Assembly (NCBI GenBank): GCA_016839555.1
Contig: JAEOUA010000012.1
Location: forward strand, 32,001-96,000
Direction: 5' to 3'
DNA length: 64,000 nucleotides
Source of the DNA: Promethearchaeota archaeon
GTDB lineage: Archaea > Asgardarchaeota > Lokiarchaeia > Sigyniarchaeales > SOKP01
Shown here: piece after piece, positions 1 to 10,316 of the stretch
Layout of the letters: every line of letters starts with the position of its first letter
Position numbering within the stretch: the stretch's first letter is position 1
Made by a program: the position numbers and the translations under genes
Notes under the pieces: generated by a model
What the model saw: only the letters and a program-made list of their open reading frames with translations
What the model was told of the DNA's origin: nothing
Databases searched by the model: none

Positions 1-1
1 C

Positions 2-1804
2 CATTCGAGATCCCATAAAATAAGGTGCTTTATTTTTTACCTTTATGGAAGATATTCTTTTAAAATAGGTATAAAAATTAATATCCTCTTCAAGTTTTAT
101 AGCAGGCCCATTTTCTAAACTAAATAAATGAAAATAAATATAATTCATAGCTTTACTAAATAATATCTTTCCATCTTTGACTTTATGGATAATAAAGGCT
201 TTTTCTAGAAGTTTTTTAATCTCTTTTGTTTTCTCTAAAATTATACTATTTTTTGATGGTTGATAACCTTTTAGAAAAGCCTCTCTGAGGGCTTCAATCT
301 CATTTATTGATAAATTTCCCCAATAATCTGTATAAAATGGATGCAAAGGTATATCATATTCCTTTGAGAGTTTTATTGCTTCCATTGCTGTGGGGATTTC
401 ATCAAAAGGATTTTTTACATAGATTTTATATTCTTTTGCTTTAATTCCCCCTTTTTCTAGTATTTTACTTAATTCTAATGCCCACCATTCTTCCACATAA
501 CCGGAAGGGATTAATTTATGATTATTTTCAGAAAATTCACCGAATCCAAATAGAATGTCTCCGAGGAATAAAATTTTTTTTATTTTTGGGTATAAATTTT
601 CAGCTTTTTTTTGATTAGTTATTTTCACAACATCTCCGTTATATAATTTAACGATAGGAGGTTCTATTGAAGTCACGGGACAAATACTAGTACTTTTTCC
701 TGGTCTTTCTGTTCTTAATTGTGTACCTATTGCTATAAATTTGTCTAATAATACCATTGTTGCTGGATTGAGTCCTCCCGCTGCAAGACCGGTATTTCTT
801 GACCTTCCATATCTTATCCTATGCCCTCCTTTTGTTGATGGGCTCCCAAAAACCGGTCTTCCTGCGATAATGTCTGCTATATATTTTGCATTTGGAGTTA
901 TTATATTCGGATCTTCTGCTTTTATTTCTTCTTGTTTTGCTTTAAAATTTTCCTTATTTGCAATTTTCTTTAAGTCTGATAACCAGTCCCAGCCTTCTAA
1001 GTTCATGTTCTTAGCGATTTTGAGTAGTTTTGGGGCTTTTAACAATATTCCATCATTTAGCACCAGACAAGCGCCCCCTCGTATATTATTTGTTTTAACT
1101 CTAGGTAAATCTCTAAAGGCAGAAACTTCTTCATCTTCAGTTGAATCTCCATTAATTTCAACTGGTAAATTTCTTACGGCAAATCTTATTTCATCATTGG
1201 ATGAGGGATATTGGAGGTGTATTTTTCTATCATACAATTTTATTTCTTCTACATATCTCCCAATTTCTCCTTCTGAAGCGCTATATTTTGGAATCTCGGA
1301 TCTTCTTCTGACAAAATCAGCGATGAGTACACATAATCCTGCTGTAGTCCCTCCTGCTGCTCGAATTGGTCCAGCAAAATAAAGAGATAAGTATTTATTT
1401 CCTTGCTTATCAGTTCTAATTTTAATCTTAGAGATACCTTCTAAAGGAGCGCTTACAACCCCCATTGTTTTTATTGCAAGCCCCACTCGAATAGCTCTCT
1501 CAACTCTTGCTTCTAATTTATTAATATTTCCAATTTTTTTATCTAAAATTTGAGACACCACTTCAAATACAATCTGATCCTCTGAATATCCCTCTTCTTT
1601 TAATTTTCTAATTAGTTTTGCGACACCTTTAGGCCCAACTAATTTTTCTACTCTTCCAGCTAAATCTTTTGCTTGAGGACATTCCACAAAAAGTTCTGGA
1701 TCTTTCCCTTTTTGACGTGCTCTTTCCGCAATATCATAACATTTATTCACACTCCTTTGAATTAAATCTATATATTGTTTTAAGTCCTCGCTCATTTCTA
1801 CCAT
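2..1804 (-). CDS. polC: DNA polymerase D large subunit DP2 (5' part; runs off the window)
   Basis: Not in ORF track (no stop in window). Minus-strand translation from ATG at 1804: MVEMSEDLKQYIDLIQ...ARQKGKDP...YFAGPIRAAGGT...RIRYGRSRNTGLAA...ERPGKS...GYVEEWW, typical DP2 motifs. Confidence 0.95.
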   Translation of the reverse strand, partial: MVEMSEDLKQYIDLIQRSVNKCYDIAERARQKGKDPELFVECPQAKDLAGRVEKLVGPKGVAKLIRKLKEEGYSEDQIVFEVVSQILDKKIGNINKLEARVERAIRVGLAIKTMGVVSAPLEGISKIKIRTDKQGNKYLSLYFAGPIRAAGGTTAGLCVLIADFVRRRSEIPKYSASEGEIGRYVEEIKLYDRKIHLQYPSSNDEIRFAVRNLPVEINGDSTEDEEVSAFRDLPRVKTNNIRGGACLVLNDGILLKAPKLLKIAKNMNLEGWDWLSDLKKIANKENFKAKQEEIKAEDPNIITPNAKYIADIIAGRPVFGSPSTKGGHRIRYGRSRNTGLAAGGLNPATMVLLDKFIAIGTQLRTERPGKSTSICPVTSIEPPIVKLYNGDVVKITNQKKAENLYPKIKKILFLGDILFGFGEFSENNHKLIPSGYVEEWWALELSKILEKGGIKAKEYKIYVKNPFDEIPTAMEAIKLSKEYDIPLHPFYTDYWGNLSINEIEALREAFLKGYQPSKNSIILEKTKEIKKLLEKAFIIHKVKDGKILFSKAMNYIYFHLFSLENGPAIKLEEDINFYTYFKRISSIKVKNKAPYFMGSRM

Positions 1805-2050
1805 GATCCGAACCTTCTTTTATTTTTTTAAGCTATTCACTTTTGAATATATACTTTATTTTATTTTACTCCAAATTAAATTCATTATTAATACATTATT
1901 TCTGAATTAATAAGTTTAGAGACTGTTAAGTTATTAATTTATTAAATATATAGCCTCTCTGGATTTTAAAAAAGATATTGTTTGTTTAATAATAAAGAAT
2001 AAAATTATAATTCAACAATAATAAATTATATCTCTTATGGAGGAATAGCT

Positions 2051-3904
2051 TTGAAGCAGGAAACCTTAGATAAAAAGAAATCATTATTAAAGAAATTAAT
2101 TGATACTAATATCAATATTTCTCCCTCAGCTTTACAATTTCTTATGAATATTGAACATCCGTTAGAAAAATTAGAATTTATTATAAAAGAAACTAGTTTT
2201 ATTCCATCTTTTAAGAGTAATTTAACGTTTGAAACTCTCAAATCCATTTCTAATAAAGAAATTCAAAATGCACTAAAAAGAATGGATATAGGTAAATTTG
2301 TGAAGGATAAGGTACAAGACTTAAAAAAAGAAAAATCCCTCCCTAAAGCAGAATCAATGGATCAAAAAAAGGAATATTCCCAAAATTCAATTCTCCAGAA
2401 AGAACAAAATAATTATTCAATTACTACTCAAAAAAGGCAGACAAAAAAGTTAAATTTAATAAATTCTATTTCAGAAAAAGTCGATAAGGAAATTAATGCG
2501 ACAATGATATCTGATAATAATTTAAAATTATCCTATATCTCTGAAAAAAAACTTCAAGAAAGGGAGATCATTACAGAAAAAATTAAAAAAATGAGTTCTC
2601 CCCTTTCTTCATTCAAATTTAAACCTACTGCAAAAGAATATGATTCTAATTATAAAATAAAAATGGATCCAACAGGAAAATTATTTACTTCTGGAGAATA
2701 TGAGGATTTCTACAATTTAACTCTTGATAAATTTAAAAGATTAAAAAATTTAATGTGTAAAAGACCAGAGACTCATTCCTCTACGAATATAAGCAATATC
2801 CAGAAATTTTCTAACAAAAGTGAAGTATCTACGATTGGACTAGTTAAAAATATTAGAAAAACTAAAAATGACCATTATTTTTTTGAATTGGAAGATCTAA
2901 CAGGAACAATCAATGTATTAGTTAGAAATGACTCTGAAAACCGAGATTTAATCCGAATAATTGAAAAAACAATAAATGATCAAATGCTATTTGTAAAAGG
3001 CAACTATAGTGCTAATAATAGTGAAAGAGATGGTATTATTTTTGCAGATAATGTTTCAAAAATCGATATTCCCATAGAATTTAAGCCAAATACTTCACAT
3101 GAGCCATTATCAGTAGCATTAATTTCCGATTTTCATATAGGAAGCCGAGAATTTGAAGAAGCCCTCTGGAATAATTTTGCAAAATTTCTTAAAGGAAAAA
3201 TGGGAAATAAGAGCCAAAGACTTTTGGCTGGAAGAATTAAATATATTATAATAAATGGAGATTTAATAGATGGCATTGGAGTGTATCCAAATCAAAAGGA
3301 TGATCTTATCATCCCTGATATTTATGATCAATTTAAAAAAGCAGCCCAATTAATTTCTGAAATTCCAGATTATATTAAAGTATTTTATAGCTCAGGAAAT
3401 CATGAACCAGTGAGAAATGCAATCCCTCGTCCTGCAGTTCCAAAAAAATACTGCACCGAATTAATAGATCTTGGAATAGAGAATTTAGGAAATCCATGCA
3501 TGATACAGATACATAATGTAAATTCATTAGTATTTCATGGAGATAGTCTTCTAGATTTAAATCATTCTATTCCCGGCTTAACTAATGAGAAACCTGCAGA
3601 AACTATGAAAGAATTATTAATTTGCAGACATCTTGCTCCTTCTTTTGGAAATAAAACTCAAATTGCTCCCTCAGAAAAAGATTGGTTAGTGATTGATGAA
3701 GTTCCCCAAATTTTTCATACGGGACACCTTCATATTAATGATTATGGTGTATATCGAGGTGTAAGATTAATTAATTCGGGATGTTTACAGTCTCAAACAG
3801 ATTTTATGAAGAGCTTCGGAATAAAACCAACCCCTGGAGAAATACCTATAATACAATTGGATACTCTAGAGAATTTTCAATTAAATTTAAGAAATTATGA
3901 TTAA
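2051..3904 (+). CDS. polB: DNA polymerase D small subunit DP1 (3'-5' exonuclease)
   Basis: OB fold plus calcineurin-like phosphoesterase motifs SDFHIG, GDLIDG, GNHE, HGDS, HTGHLH; divergent from DP2. Confidence 0.95.
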   Translation: MKQETLDKKKSLLKKLIDTNINISPSALQFLMNIEHPLEKLEFIIKETSFIPSFKSNLTFETLKSISNKEIQNALKRMDIGKFVKDKVQDLKKEKSLPKAESMDQKKEYSQNSILQKEQNNYSITTQKRQTKKLNLINSISEKVDKEINATMISDNNLKLSYISEKKLQEREIITEKIKKMSSPLSSFKFKPTAKEYDSNYKIKMDPTGKLFTSGEYEDFYNLTLDKFKRLKNLMCKRPETHSSTNISNIQKFSNKSEVSTIGLVKNIRKTKNDHYFFELEDLTGTINVLVRNDSENRDLIRIIEKTINDQMLFVKGNYSANNSERDGIIFADNVSKIDIPIEFKPNTSHEPLSVALISDFHIGSREFEEALWNNFAKFLKGKMGNKSQRLLAGRIKYIIINGDLIDGIGVYPNQKDDLIIPDIYDQFKKAAQLISEIPDYIKVFYSSGNHEPVRNAIPRPAVPKKYCTELIDLGIENLGNPCMIQIHNVNSLVFHGDSLLDLNHSIPGLTNEKPAETMKELLICRHLAPSFGNKTQIAPSEKDWLVIDEVPQIFHTGHLHINDYGVYRGVRLINSGCLQSQTDFMKSFGIKPTPGEIPIIQLDTLENFQLNLRNYD

Positions 3905-3947
3905 TTATATAGTGTAAATAATAAGAATTAGCATTTTTTAAATTCTA

Positions 3948-4631
3948 ATGAACCTAAAAATACCAAAGAAAGACCCCTCAGAGCTAATGCTCTATCTTTG
4001 GAAAATTATTGATTTACCTAAAATTTCGGAGAAAGATTTATTATACTTGATTTCTTTTGAATTTTTTTTAGTATCTCCAGAACAAGGGCTCAAATTAATT
4101 CAAAATAGCCTTAAAAATAATATCTTAATAAAAAATTCAGACAATACCATTTCCCTAAATAAAGACCTTCAACACAAATTATCAAACTGGCAAAAAAAAA
4201 GAAAAAATAAAATTATTGAAAATGAAAAAATAAATGCTGAAAGAGAAGCTACTTTAAGGCAATTTAAAAAAGAATCAAAATCAGATTTTAATGTGATTTT
4301 AAAGGCTTTTTTAGATAAAGGCACTATCAATAGAGCAGTATCTGTTTCAGAAGATGCGTTTCATATCCAAACTGTAGATATTGATAAAGGAATAATAAAA
4401 GCAAAAGTTGCTGGTTCTAAAAAAGAATCTTATATTATACAAATTGATATGAATAACAAAACTCTTAAGCATGATTGTCATGATTTTGTGAATCGAAGGT
4501 CAAAAAATAAGAAATTTTGTAAGCACTTGACCAGGTTTTTTCTAATCTTAAAGGATAAAAATGAAGCTCTAGCAATTAAAATATTAAATACCATCGCAGG
4601 CTCTATTCCAGATTGGGACTTTACAGAATAA
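3948..4631 (+). CDS. DUF2240-like protein with C-terminal SWIM zinc finger
   Basis: C-terminal GSKKESYII...HDCHDF...CKHL SWIM pattern; helical N-terminus. Confidence 0.65.
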   Translation: MNLKIPKKDPSELMLYLWKIIDLPKISEKDLLYLISFEFFLVSPEQGLKLIQNSLKNNILIKNSDNTISLNKDLQHKLSNWQKKRKNKIIENEKINAEREATLRQFKKESKSDFNVILKAFLDKGTINRAVSVSEDAFHIQTVDIDKGIIKAKVAGSKKESYIIQIDMNNKTLKHDCHDFVNRRSKNKKFCKHLTRFFLILKDKNEALAIKILNTIAGSIPDWDFTE

Positions 4632-4741
4632 AATAATAGGATTATTCTTTAAATAATTTGGCTTTTTTAAATAATTCTTTTTTAAAAATAAGTTATTAAT
4701 TATAAAGAAAAATAAAAAAAGATATGTGGTAAAAAAATTCT

Positions 4742-6052
4742 TTATCCTAATCGTCTAAATGTGCTATCACTTATTCTAACTTTATTTTTTTGTATTAAAA
4801 TGGGCTTATAGTTCAATAAATCTTTTATTTTATTAACTTCCATAAAAATAGTTTCTAAAAGCTTCTTATCAATATTTAATTTAATAACCTTAGTCCTTCC
4901 ATAATATCCCAATGATTTTTTCTCAGCAGTGATTATCTCAGCGGAGTGAAGTTCATTAATATAATCACTAATTCTTCTTCGAGTTAATGTGCTTACGCCT
5001 GGAATAAGATTTGCAAGTTCTTTATGTACTTCATAAATGTCTCCTGAAACAATGATTCTTTCTTTCGGAAATTTTGAAATTAAATAAATTGAGGTTAATA
5101 CTAATTGAGCTTGTAAAGGCATTCCTTTAATATAATCAATTATATGGTCTCTTTCTAATTCTTCTTGCGCCTTTCTAACATGCTCATTTGAAACATATTT
5201 ATTATGAGATCTTTCAGCTATTTCTCCTGCTTTTCGAAGTAATTGAAGAGCCTTTCTCGCATCCCCATGTTCTTCTGCAGCTAAAGCCGCACATAATCGA
5301 ATTACTCCCTCATTTATTACTCCTTCTTGAAATGCAATTTTTGCACGGCTTTCCAATATATCACCAAGCTCTTTTGCATTATATCCCGAAAATGTGATAT
5401 GTTCATTTCCCAAACTTGAAACGACCCTTGGATCTAAATTCTCTTTGAATTTCAGCTTATTCGAAATTCCAATTAAACAGGTTCTGCAATTATCCAAATT
5501 TTCATTTAATCTAGTTAAATCATAGAGAATTTCATTTCCTTGCTTAGTATCCGTAATCAAATCAATTTCATCTAACACTAAGAAACAAAGAGAATTCTTT
5601 ATTTTATAATCCAATAATCCCAAAAGCTTCTTGAAGATTACATCTTTCGGAAGGCCTGTAGGAGGAATCTGTTCACTTCCCACAATAGTGTTATATATAT
5701 GAGCAAGAATTCGATACGGAGTTGAAACAATACTACAATTGATATAAATCCACCATGGTTTAATTTTTTCGGAATATTGCGCTAATTTCTCACTCACAAA
5801 CCTTACAGTAGCTGTCTTACCCGTCCCTGTCTTTCCATAAATTAAAAAATGGGAAGGCACATCTCCTCTTAATGCACATGCAGTCCTGCTCGCTATCTGC
5901 TCAATCTCCTTATCTCTATGGGGCAATTCATGGGGAACAAAGGAGGGTTCTAAAGCCTCACGCTTTTTAAAAAGTTGTGGCCCATTAAGATATTTTTTAT
6001 AAAAATCGTCTATATTAAAGCTCTCATAATTATCATCCTTATTTGTCAACAA
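4742..6052 (-). CDS. cdc6: Orc1/Cdc6 replication initiator
   Basis: LPHRDKEI, Walker A GKTGTGKT, Walker B LDEID, GDARKAL, C-terminal winged helix. Confidence 0.95.
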   Translation of the reverse strand: MLTNKDDNYESFNIDDFYKKYLNGPQLFKKREALEPSFVPHELPHRDKEIEQIASRTACALRGDVPSHFLIYGKTGTGKTATVRFVSEKLAQYSEKIKPWWIYINCSIVSTPYRILAHIYNTIVGSEQIPPTGLPKDVIFKKLLGLLDYKIKNSLCFLVLDEIDLITDTKQGNEILYDLTRLNENLDNCRTCLIGISNKLKFKENLDPRVVSSLGNEHITFSGYNAKELGDILESRAKIAFQEGVINEGVIRLCAALAAEEHGDARKALQLLRKAGEIAERSHNKYVSNEHVRKAQEELERDHIIDYIKGMPLQAQLVLTSIYLISKFPKERIIVSGDIYEVHKELANLIPGVSTLTRRRISDYINELHSAEIITAEKKSLGYYGRTKVIKLNIDKKLLETIFMEVNKIKDLLNYKPILIQKNKVRISDSTFRRLG

Positions 6053-6078
6053 TTCATAACACCATTTTCATTTTTTTC

Positions 6079-6118
6079 TGCAATGGAAATATTATCACTC
6101 GGTCTCCTTTCCACTCCA
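6079..6118. promoter_or_regulatory. Possible mini-ORB-like Orc1/Cdc6 binding sites upstream of cdc6
   Basis: TGCAATGGAAA (6079-6089) and an inverted near-copy TGGAGTGGAAA (6118-6108), next to an AT-rich tract. Confidence 0.3.
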
Positions 6119-6374
6119 TGAACAAAAGTAGATTTTTGTTATATTTAAAGTTACTTATTAATGCCCTACTCATTAAAAAAATGTTAAGGTTTTAATAATT
6201 GAAATTAAAAAATCAACCTTTTCAGCAATTAATAATATTTATGTCGCTCTATTAAAAAATAATTGTTTGTACATTATTTAATATAATATTAATAATTTTA
6301 TCTGATAGAAAAAAAGAGAATTATATTGTGGGTATTCAGTTTAAATTTAGTGAAATTTACTGAAAAATCAAGAA

Positions 6375-7184
6375 TTACCAAGGGACATCTTTCAATCCAA
6401 TTACATAAGCTACCGTGTTTGCTATGATATCAACCGCTGGCGTTATTATGATTAAAAATATGATAATATTAATATCCGGAGCTCGATAACCCGCTAAGAA
6501 AAGAGCTGGAAGAGAAGCAAATAAAATACTAAAGATAATAAAATCCAATTGGTCCACCAACCAGAAAGGAGAACCAGAGGGAATATTGAACCTCCTTTTC
6601 AAGAAAGAACCTATAAGATCTCCTATCGCAGCTCCATACCCACATAAAAATGCTCTAATGAACAAAATTAAAATGCCGAAAGGAAAAGACCCTCCAATAA
6701 AGTAATATTTATAGATTTCAACTTTACTATAAAGTTTATATTGCCCCATTGTTGCAGCCACTTCCACAATGGGCAATATTAATGGCCATAATATTAAAAA
6801 AAGGAGATAAACCGCCATAGATATTGGAATTCCTATAAGTAGAGGTCCTAATATAAGCCCTTTCCATGTTTTATGATCTCCTAATAGTCTTCTGCCATCA
6901 ATAAAATTTTTTCCACGATCAATAGGCTTTCCATTTCCCGTTAAAACCATTCCCGCATTTGAAATATATCCGGGCATAATAAAAAGCAGTGAAAAGATTA
7001 AGGTAGCCACCCAATCTGCCCAAGAATATAAGAGGGAGAGGACTATAAAATCAATGAAAAATAATATACCAAAAAATATAGCTAAAGAAAACGCAATTCT
7101 TCTATTTGCTTGGTTAGAGCGTTTTGCTTTATTATTATTTTCCAAAAGAAAGTATGTCCTCCTTTTATTTAATACAATTTTCAA
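6375..7184 (-). CDS. carS: CDP-archaeol synthase
   Basis: PGYISNA, PIDRGKNFIDGRRLLGDHKTW, GDLIGSFLKRR, DQLDF, KDVPW motifs. Confidence 0.92.
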   Translation of the reverse strand: MKIVLNKRRTYFLLENNNKAKRSNQANRRIAFSLAIFFGILFFIDFIVLSLLYSWADWVATLIFSLLFIMPGYISNAGMVLTGNGKPIDRGKNFIDGRRLLGDHKTWKGLILGPLLIGIPISMAVYLLFLILWPLILPIVEVAATMGQYKLYSKVEIYKYYFIGGSFPFGILILFIRAFLCGYGAAIGDLIGSFLKRRFNIPSGSPFWLVDQLDFIIFSILFASLPALFLAGYRAPDINIIIFLIIITPAVDIIANTVAYVIGLKDVPW

Positions 7185-7310
7185 CTATTAAAAAGGATAA
7201 TAAAAAGTAATAAAAAGAATTTTCTAATCGATTTTGATTAAAAAATCATATTTGGTTTTTAAAGAATAAAATGAATCTAAATGATTCAAATAATGCAAAA
7301 GAATAAGAAA

Positions 7311-7790
7311 TTATTCTAATAATAATTTCCCCAATTGTTCAGCCCATTGTATTACTTTTTCTGGATCACGAAAATTTTCTATCGTTTTTCCACCTTGCAT
7401 ATAACAACCACCAAATGCATTATACGCTATTGGTTTTAAGTGTGGCCTCTTTTTTAAGATTTTTCCAATATAATCTTCAACAATTTGATCATGCTGGAAC
7501 TCTGGATTACCTGCCTTGCCCGAAGATAAATAAATTGCTAACTTCTTATTACTAAAATTGTTTTTACTTAGGAAAGATTTTGGCCGTCTATACCAACGAT
7601 CCATTCTTATACCACTCCCAACTATTATGTTATCATAGTTGGTTATATCTGGATTCTTATTTTCTTTAAGATTAGTGATATCAACTTCCAATCCGAATTT
7701 TTTATTCAAAACGGATGCAATAAGTTCAGCATTTTCTTTAGAAACTCCAGATTTCGTTTCAAAGGCTATAATTGTTTTATTTTTAACCAT
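7311..7790 (-). CDS. Flavodoxin-domain protein (HemG-like)
   Basis: ETKSGVSKENAELIA FMN loop, YDNIIVGSGI, FGG motif. Confidence 0.8.
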   Translation of the reverse strand: MVKNKTIIAFETKSGVSKENAELIASVLNKKFGLEVDITNLKENKNPDITNYDNIIVGSGIRMDRWYRRPKSFLSKNNFSNKKLAIYLSSGKAGNPEFQHDQIVEDYIGKILKKRPHLKPIAYNAFGGCYMQGGKTIENFRDPEKVIQWAEQLGKLLLE

Positions 7791-7997
7791 TTAATTCACT
7801 TTATTTTATCCAAATTATTTTTAATTAATTTTTAAAAACAGTAATTCATTAATGATTTCCCTATTATAAAAAAACATAATAATAGCAAATTTTCTAAATA
7901 TATTGATGTATTTAAACTTTCCTAATTAGTCTGATTATTTATTATGCTAAAGAGAGGGCCAACTAATTGGAGAATGGCCATAAACAAGCATTTTTTA

Positions 7998-8501
7998 TTA
8001 AAAGTAGAAAGCAGATACTTGACACTCAATCTCAAATATAAAATTACAATCCTCAATTTTTATTGAGTTTTTGAAAAGCTCATTAATCGCTTTTATATAA
8101 TTTCCTTCTCTTCCTATAGCAACCCCTCTATCTCTGAACGTTAGTATATAAACTGAAGCTATTATTTTTTTAGAATCAACAGATTTTATTTGCACATCAT
8201 GGATATAGAGGTCAGGAAATAGACTAAATATCTGTGAAATTAATTTTTTTTCGGTTCTAATTATTAAAACTTTCTTATTAGGAATCTCCTTTCTTATGGA
8301 TGCAATATAATTCGAAACTGAAAAAAAATGTTGATCTTTGACAAAAAAGAAAATAAAATCTTCAATAATAATCACGCTCTCGGGAAAAAGTCCCGTTTTG
8401 TTATGAAAATATTTATAAAGTTTTAATTCTAAGTTTGAGAATTTTTTTATAATTCTTATATCCCTTGAAAATAATGATTTCTCAGTGATATTATTAAGCA
8501 T
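7998..8501 (-). CDS. Divergent archaeal NusA-like KH-domain protein
   Basis: DRGVAIGREGNYIK KH GxxG motif; first KH domain is degenerate. Confidence 0.65.
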   Translation of the reverse strand: MLNNITEKSLFSRDIRIIKKFSNLELKLYKYFHNKTGLFPESVIIIEDFIFFFVKDQHFFSVSNYIASIRKEIPNKKVLIIRTEKKLISQIFSLFPDLYIHDVQIKSVDSKKIIASVYILTFRDRGVAIGREGNYIKAINELFKNSIKIEDCNFIFEIECQVSAFYF

Positions 8502-8598
8502 TACCCTTCATTTTACATTCTTCATTTTAAACCCCTAAGAAAATTAATTTTTCATTTTGTACTATATTAAACAAGTATTAGATTTTAAATGATAAATT

Positions 8599-9036
8599 AT
8601 GAAAGAACCAGGATTTGAATTTCTTTCACACACAGCCGATATAAAATTAAGATGTTGGGGGAATACTTTGGAACAAGCATTTACTCAAGCAGCCTATGCT
8701 CTGATGACTGTTATTTCCCCCAATTTGGAAAAAATATCAAAAAAGACCCCAAAAACCATTATTATCGAAGCTGAAGATAAGGAAGCACTTCTTTTTGATT
8801 TTCTCTCTGAATTTTTATTCATTTTTGATGTAGAAAAGTTAATTTTTAGTAAAATTAAGGTTCTATCTATTCAGAAGAGGAATGATAGATATGAACTTAA
8901 AGCTAGTATGAAAGGAGAGGTATTTAATAAAAATAGTCATGAAATAGGGACCGAAGTAAAGGCGATAACTTATTCTTATATGAAAATTGAAGAGAAAAAA
9001 GACAATATTATTTTAGAACTGGTACTTGATATCTAA
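8599..9036 (+). CDS. Archease (RtcB tRNA ligase activator)
   Basis: FEFLSHTADI, EVKAITY, C-terminal LDI. Confidence 0.95.
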   Translation: MKEPGFEFLSHTADIKLRCWGNTLEQAFTQAAYALMTVISPNLEKISKKTPKTIIIEAEDKEALLFDFLSEFLFIFDVEKLIFSKIKVLSIQKRNDRYELKASMKGEVFNKNSHEIGTEVKAITYSYMKIEEKKDNIILELVLDI

Positions 9037-9065
9037 TTTTCTAAAAGCTGTAAATATTTTATAAT

Positions 9066-9791
9066 TTATTGTATTTCTATAAATTTAAGCAATCCTAAAT
9101 TATCAAGATGATCTATAATAACTTGAATTCTAGATTCTGGTAATCCTACTTCCTCAGCAATATCTCTTGCAGTATGAAAACCGTCCGCTAAATGAGCGAT
9201 CTCATATTGTTTCTCATCTAAAAAGCCTTGAGTTATAACTTGTTTTGGGAGTCTCTTTGAAGTCCATTCTGGCTTTTTATCGGATATGTCCCTAAGATCC
9301 TCTTCAGTTAACACGAACCCTTTCTTTGCGAGGCGATTTTGAGATTTGGTAAAGTCTTTTTTATATATTTTTAAAATGGGTATGTTTAAAGGAATTTCGG
9401 CCACTCTGCCATTTTCCATTATTTTATCAATTGTTTCTGAAAAGTCTCTAAATATTCTTACATCACCAGACCAATTTTGAAGCTCATCCACAAACCTTTC
9501 AAGAAATCTATCGATGACATCTTTTAACGCTTTATGGGTAACTCTGGCATCATCATTCTTATCTGCTGCAGCAGTCACAAGAACTCCTTTTTTAAACACC
9601 AAAATAAGATAAAATACTTGCATATCTATAACTTTAAGTTCTCCGGAGCCCTTACTAAACTCAAAACTAAAATCTTTCAGTGCCGTAATAAAACCGCTTA
9701 CAAGGTCTTGATTAAATTCAATTGAACCATATTTGCGATAAATAAGACAGATACCTGTATTCTGGTCGATTACGTAAACATTATGAATCAT
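9066..9791 (-). CDS. Longin-domain protein with C-terminal winged helix (NPRL2-like architecture)
   Basis: N-terminus MIHNVYVID..GICL...DLVSGFITAL typical of Asgard longins; C-terminus ADGFHTARDIAEEVGL...LDNLGLL wHTH. Confidence 0.75.
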   Translation of the reverse strand: MIHNVYVIDQNTGICLIYRKYGSIEFNQDLVSGFITALKDFSFEFSKGSGELKVIDMQVFYLILVFKKGVLVTAAADKNDDARVTHKALKDVIDRFLERFVDELQNWSGDVRIFRDFSETIDKIMENGRVAEIPLNIPILKIYKKDFTKSQNRLAKKGFVLTEEDLRDISDKKPEWTSKRLPKQVITQGFLDEKQYEIAHLADGFHTARDIAEEVGLPESRIQVIIDHLDNLGLLKFIEIQ

Positions 9792-9905
9792 TTTGAATAA
9801 TTATTCACTATTTCTTAATTTAACTATTTTAAAATTAAATATATAATAATAATATAATTATATAAAATTTCTTTAAACAAAAATTCTATAAAAATATCAG
9901 AAAAT

Positions 9906-10232
9906 ATGATTGATCACAATAAAGAACAAGTATTTTTTGTAACATCTTCTTCTGAAGATGAGGCTAGAAAACTAGCTCGTTATCTTGTTGAAAAAAAAAG
10001 GGCTGCTTGTGTTAACATCATTAAGCTAATTATCTCTATTTATAGGTGGGAGGATTCTATTGAAGAAAATGATGAATTTCTTTTAGTTATTAAAACAACC
10101 AAGGAAAAATCTGAGGATCTTATTCACGCAGTAGAGAATATTCATAGCTATGAAACGCCTGAATGTATCGGACTCAATATTGAAGCAGGCTCAGTAAAAT
10201 ATTTAGAGTGGTTAAGAGATGCCGTAAAATAG
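9906..10232 (+). CDS. cutA: Divalent-cation tolerance protein CutA
   Basis: AACVNI, SIYRWE, HSYETPE, YLEWL. Confidence 0.93.
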   Translation: MIDHNKEQVFFVTSSSEDEARKLARYLVEKKRAACVNIIKLIISIYRWEDSIEENDEFLLVIKTTKEKSEDLIHAVENIHSYETPECIGLNIEAGSVKYLEWLRDAVK

Positions 10233-10316
10233 TGTAATAACTGCAAACTTAGATAAAAAACTGATAACCTATTATACAAAACTAAATATTAAATGATATA
10301 TATTTGATAATAAGAT

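Noticed and set aside
741-1382. 213-aa plus-strand ORF
   Set aside because: Antisense shadow of DP2. The same applies to the other short overlapping ORFs in the track (e.g. 16559, 19304, 25652, 30285, 32425, 34404, 57647, 62755).
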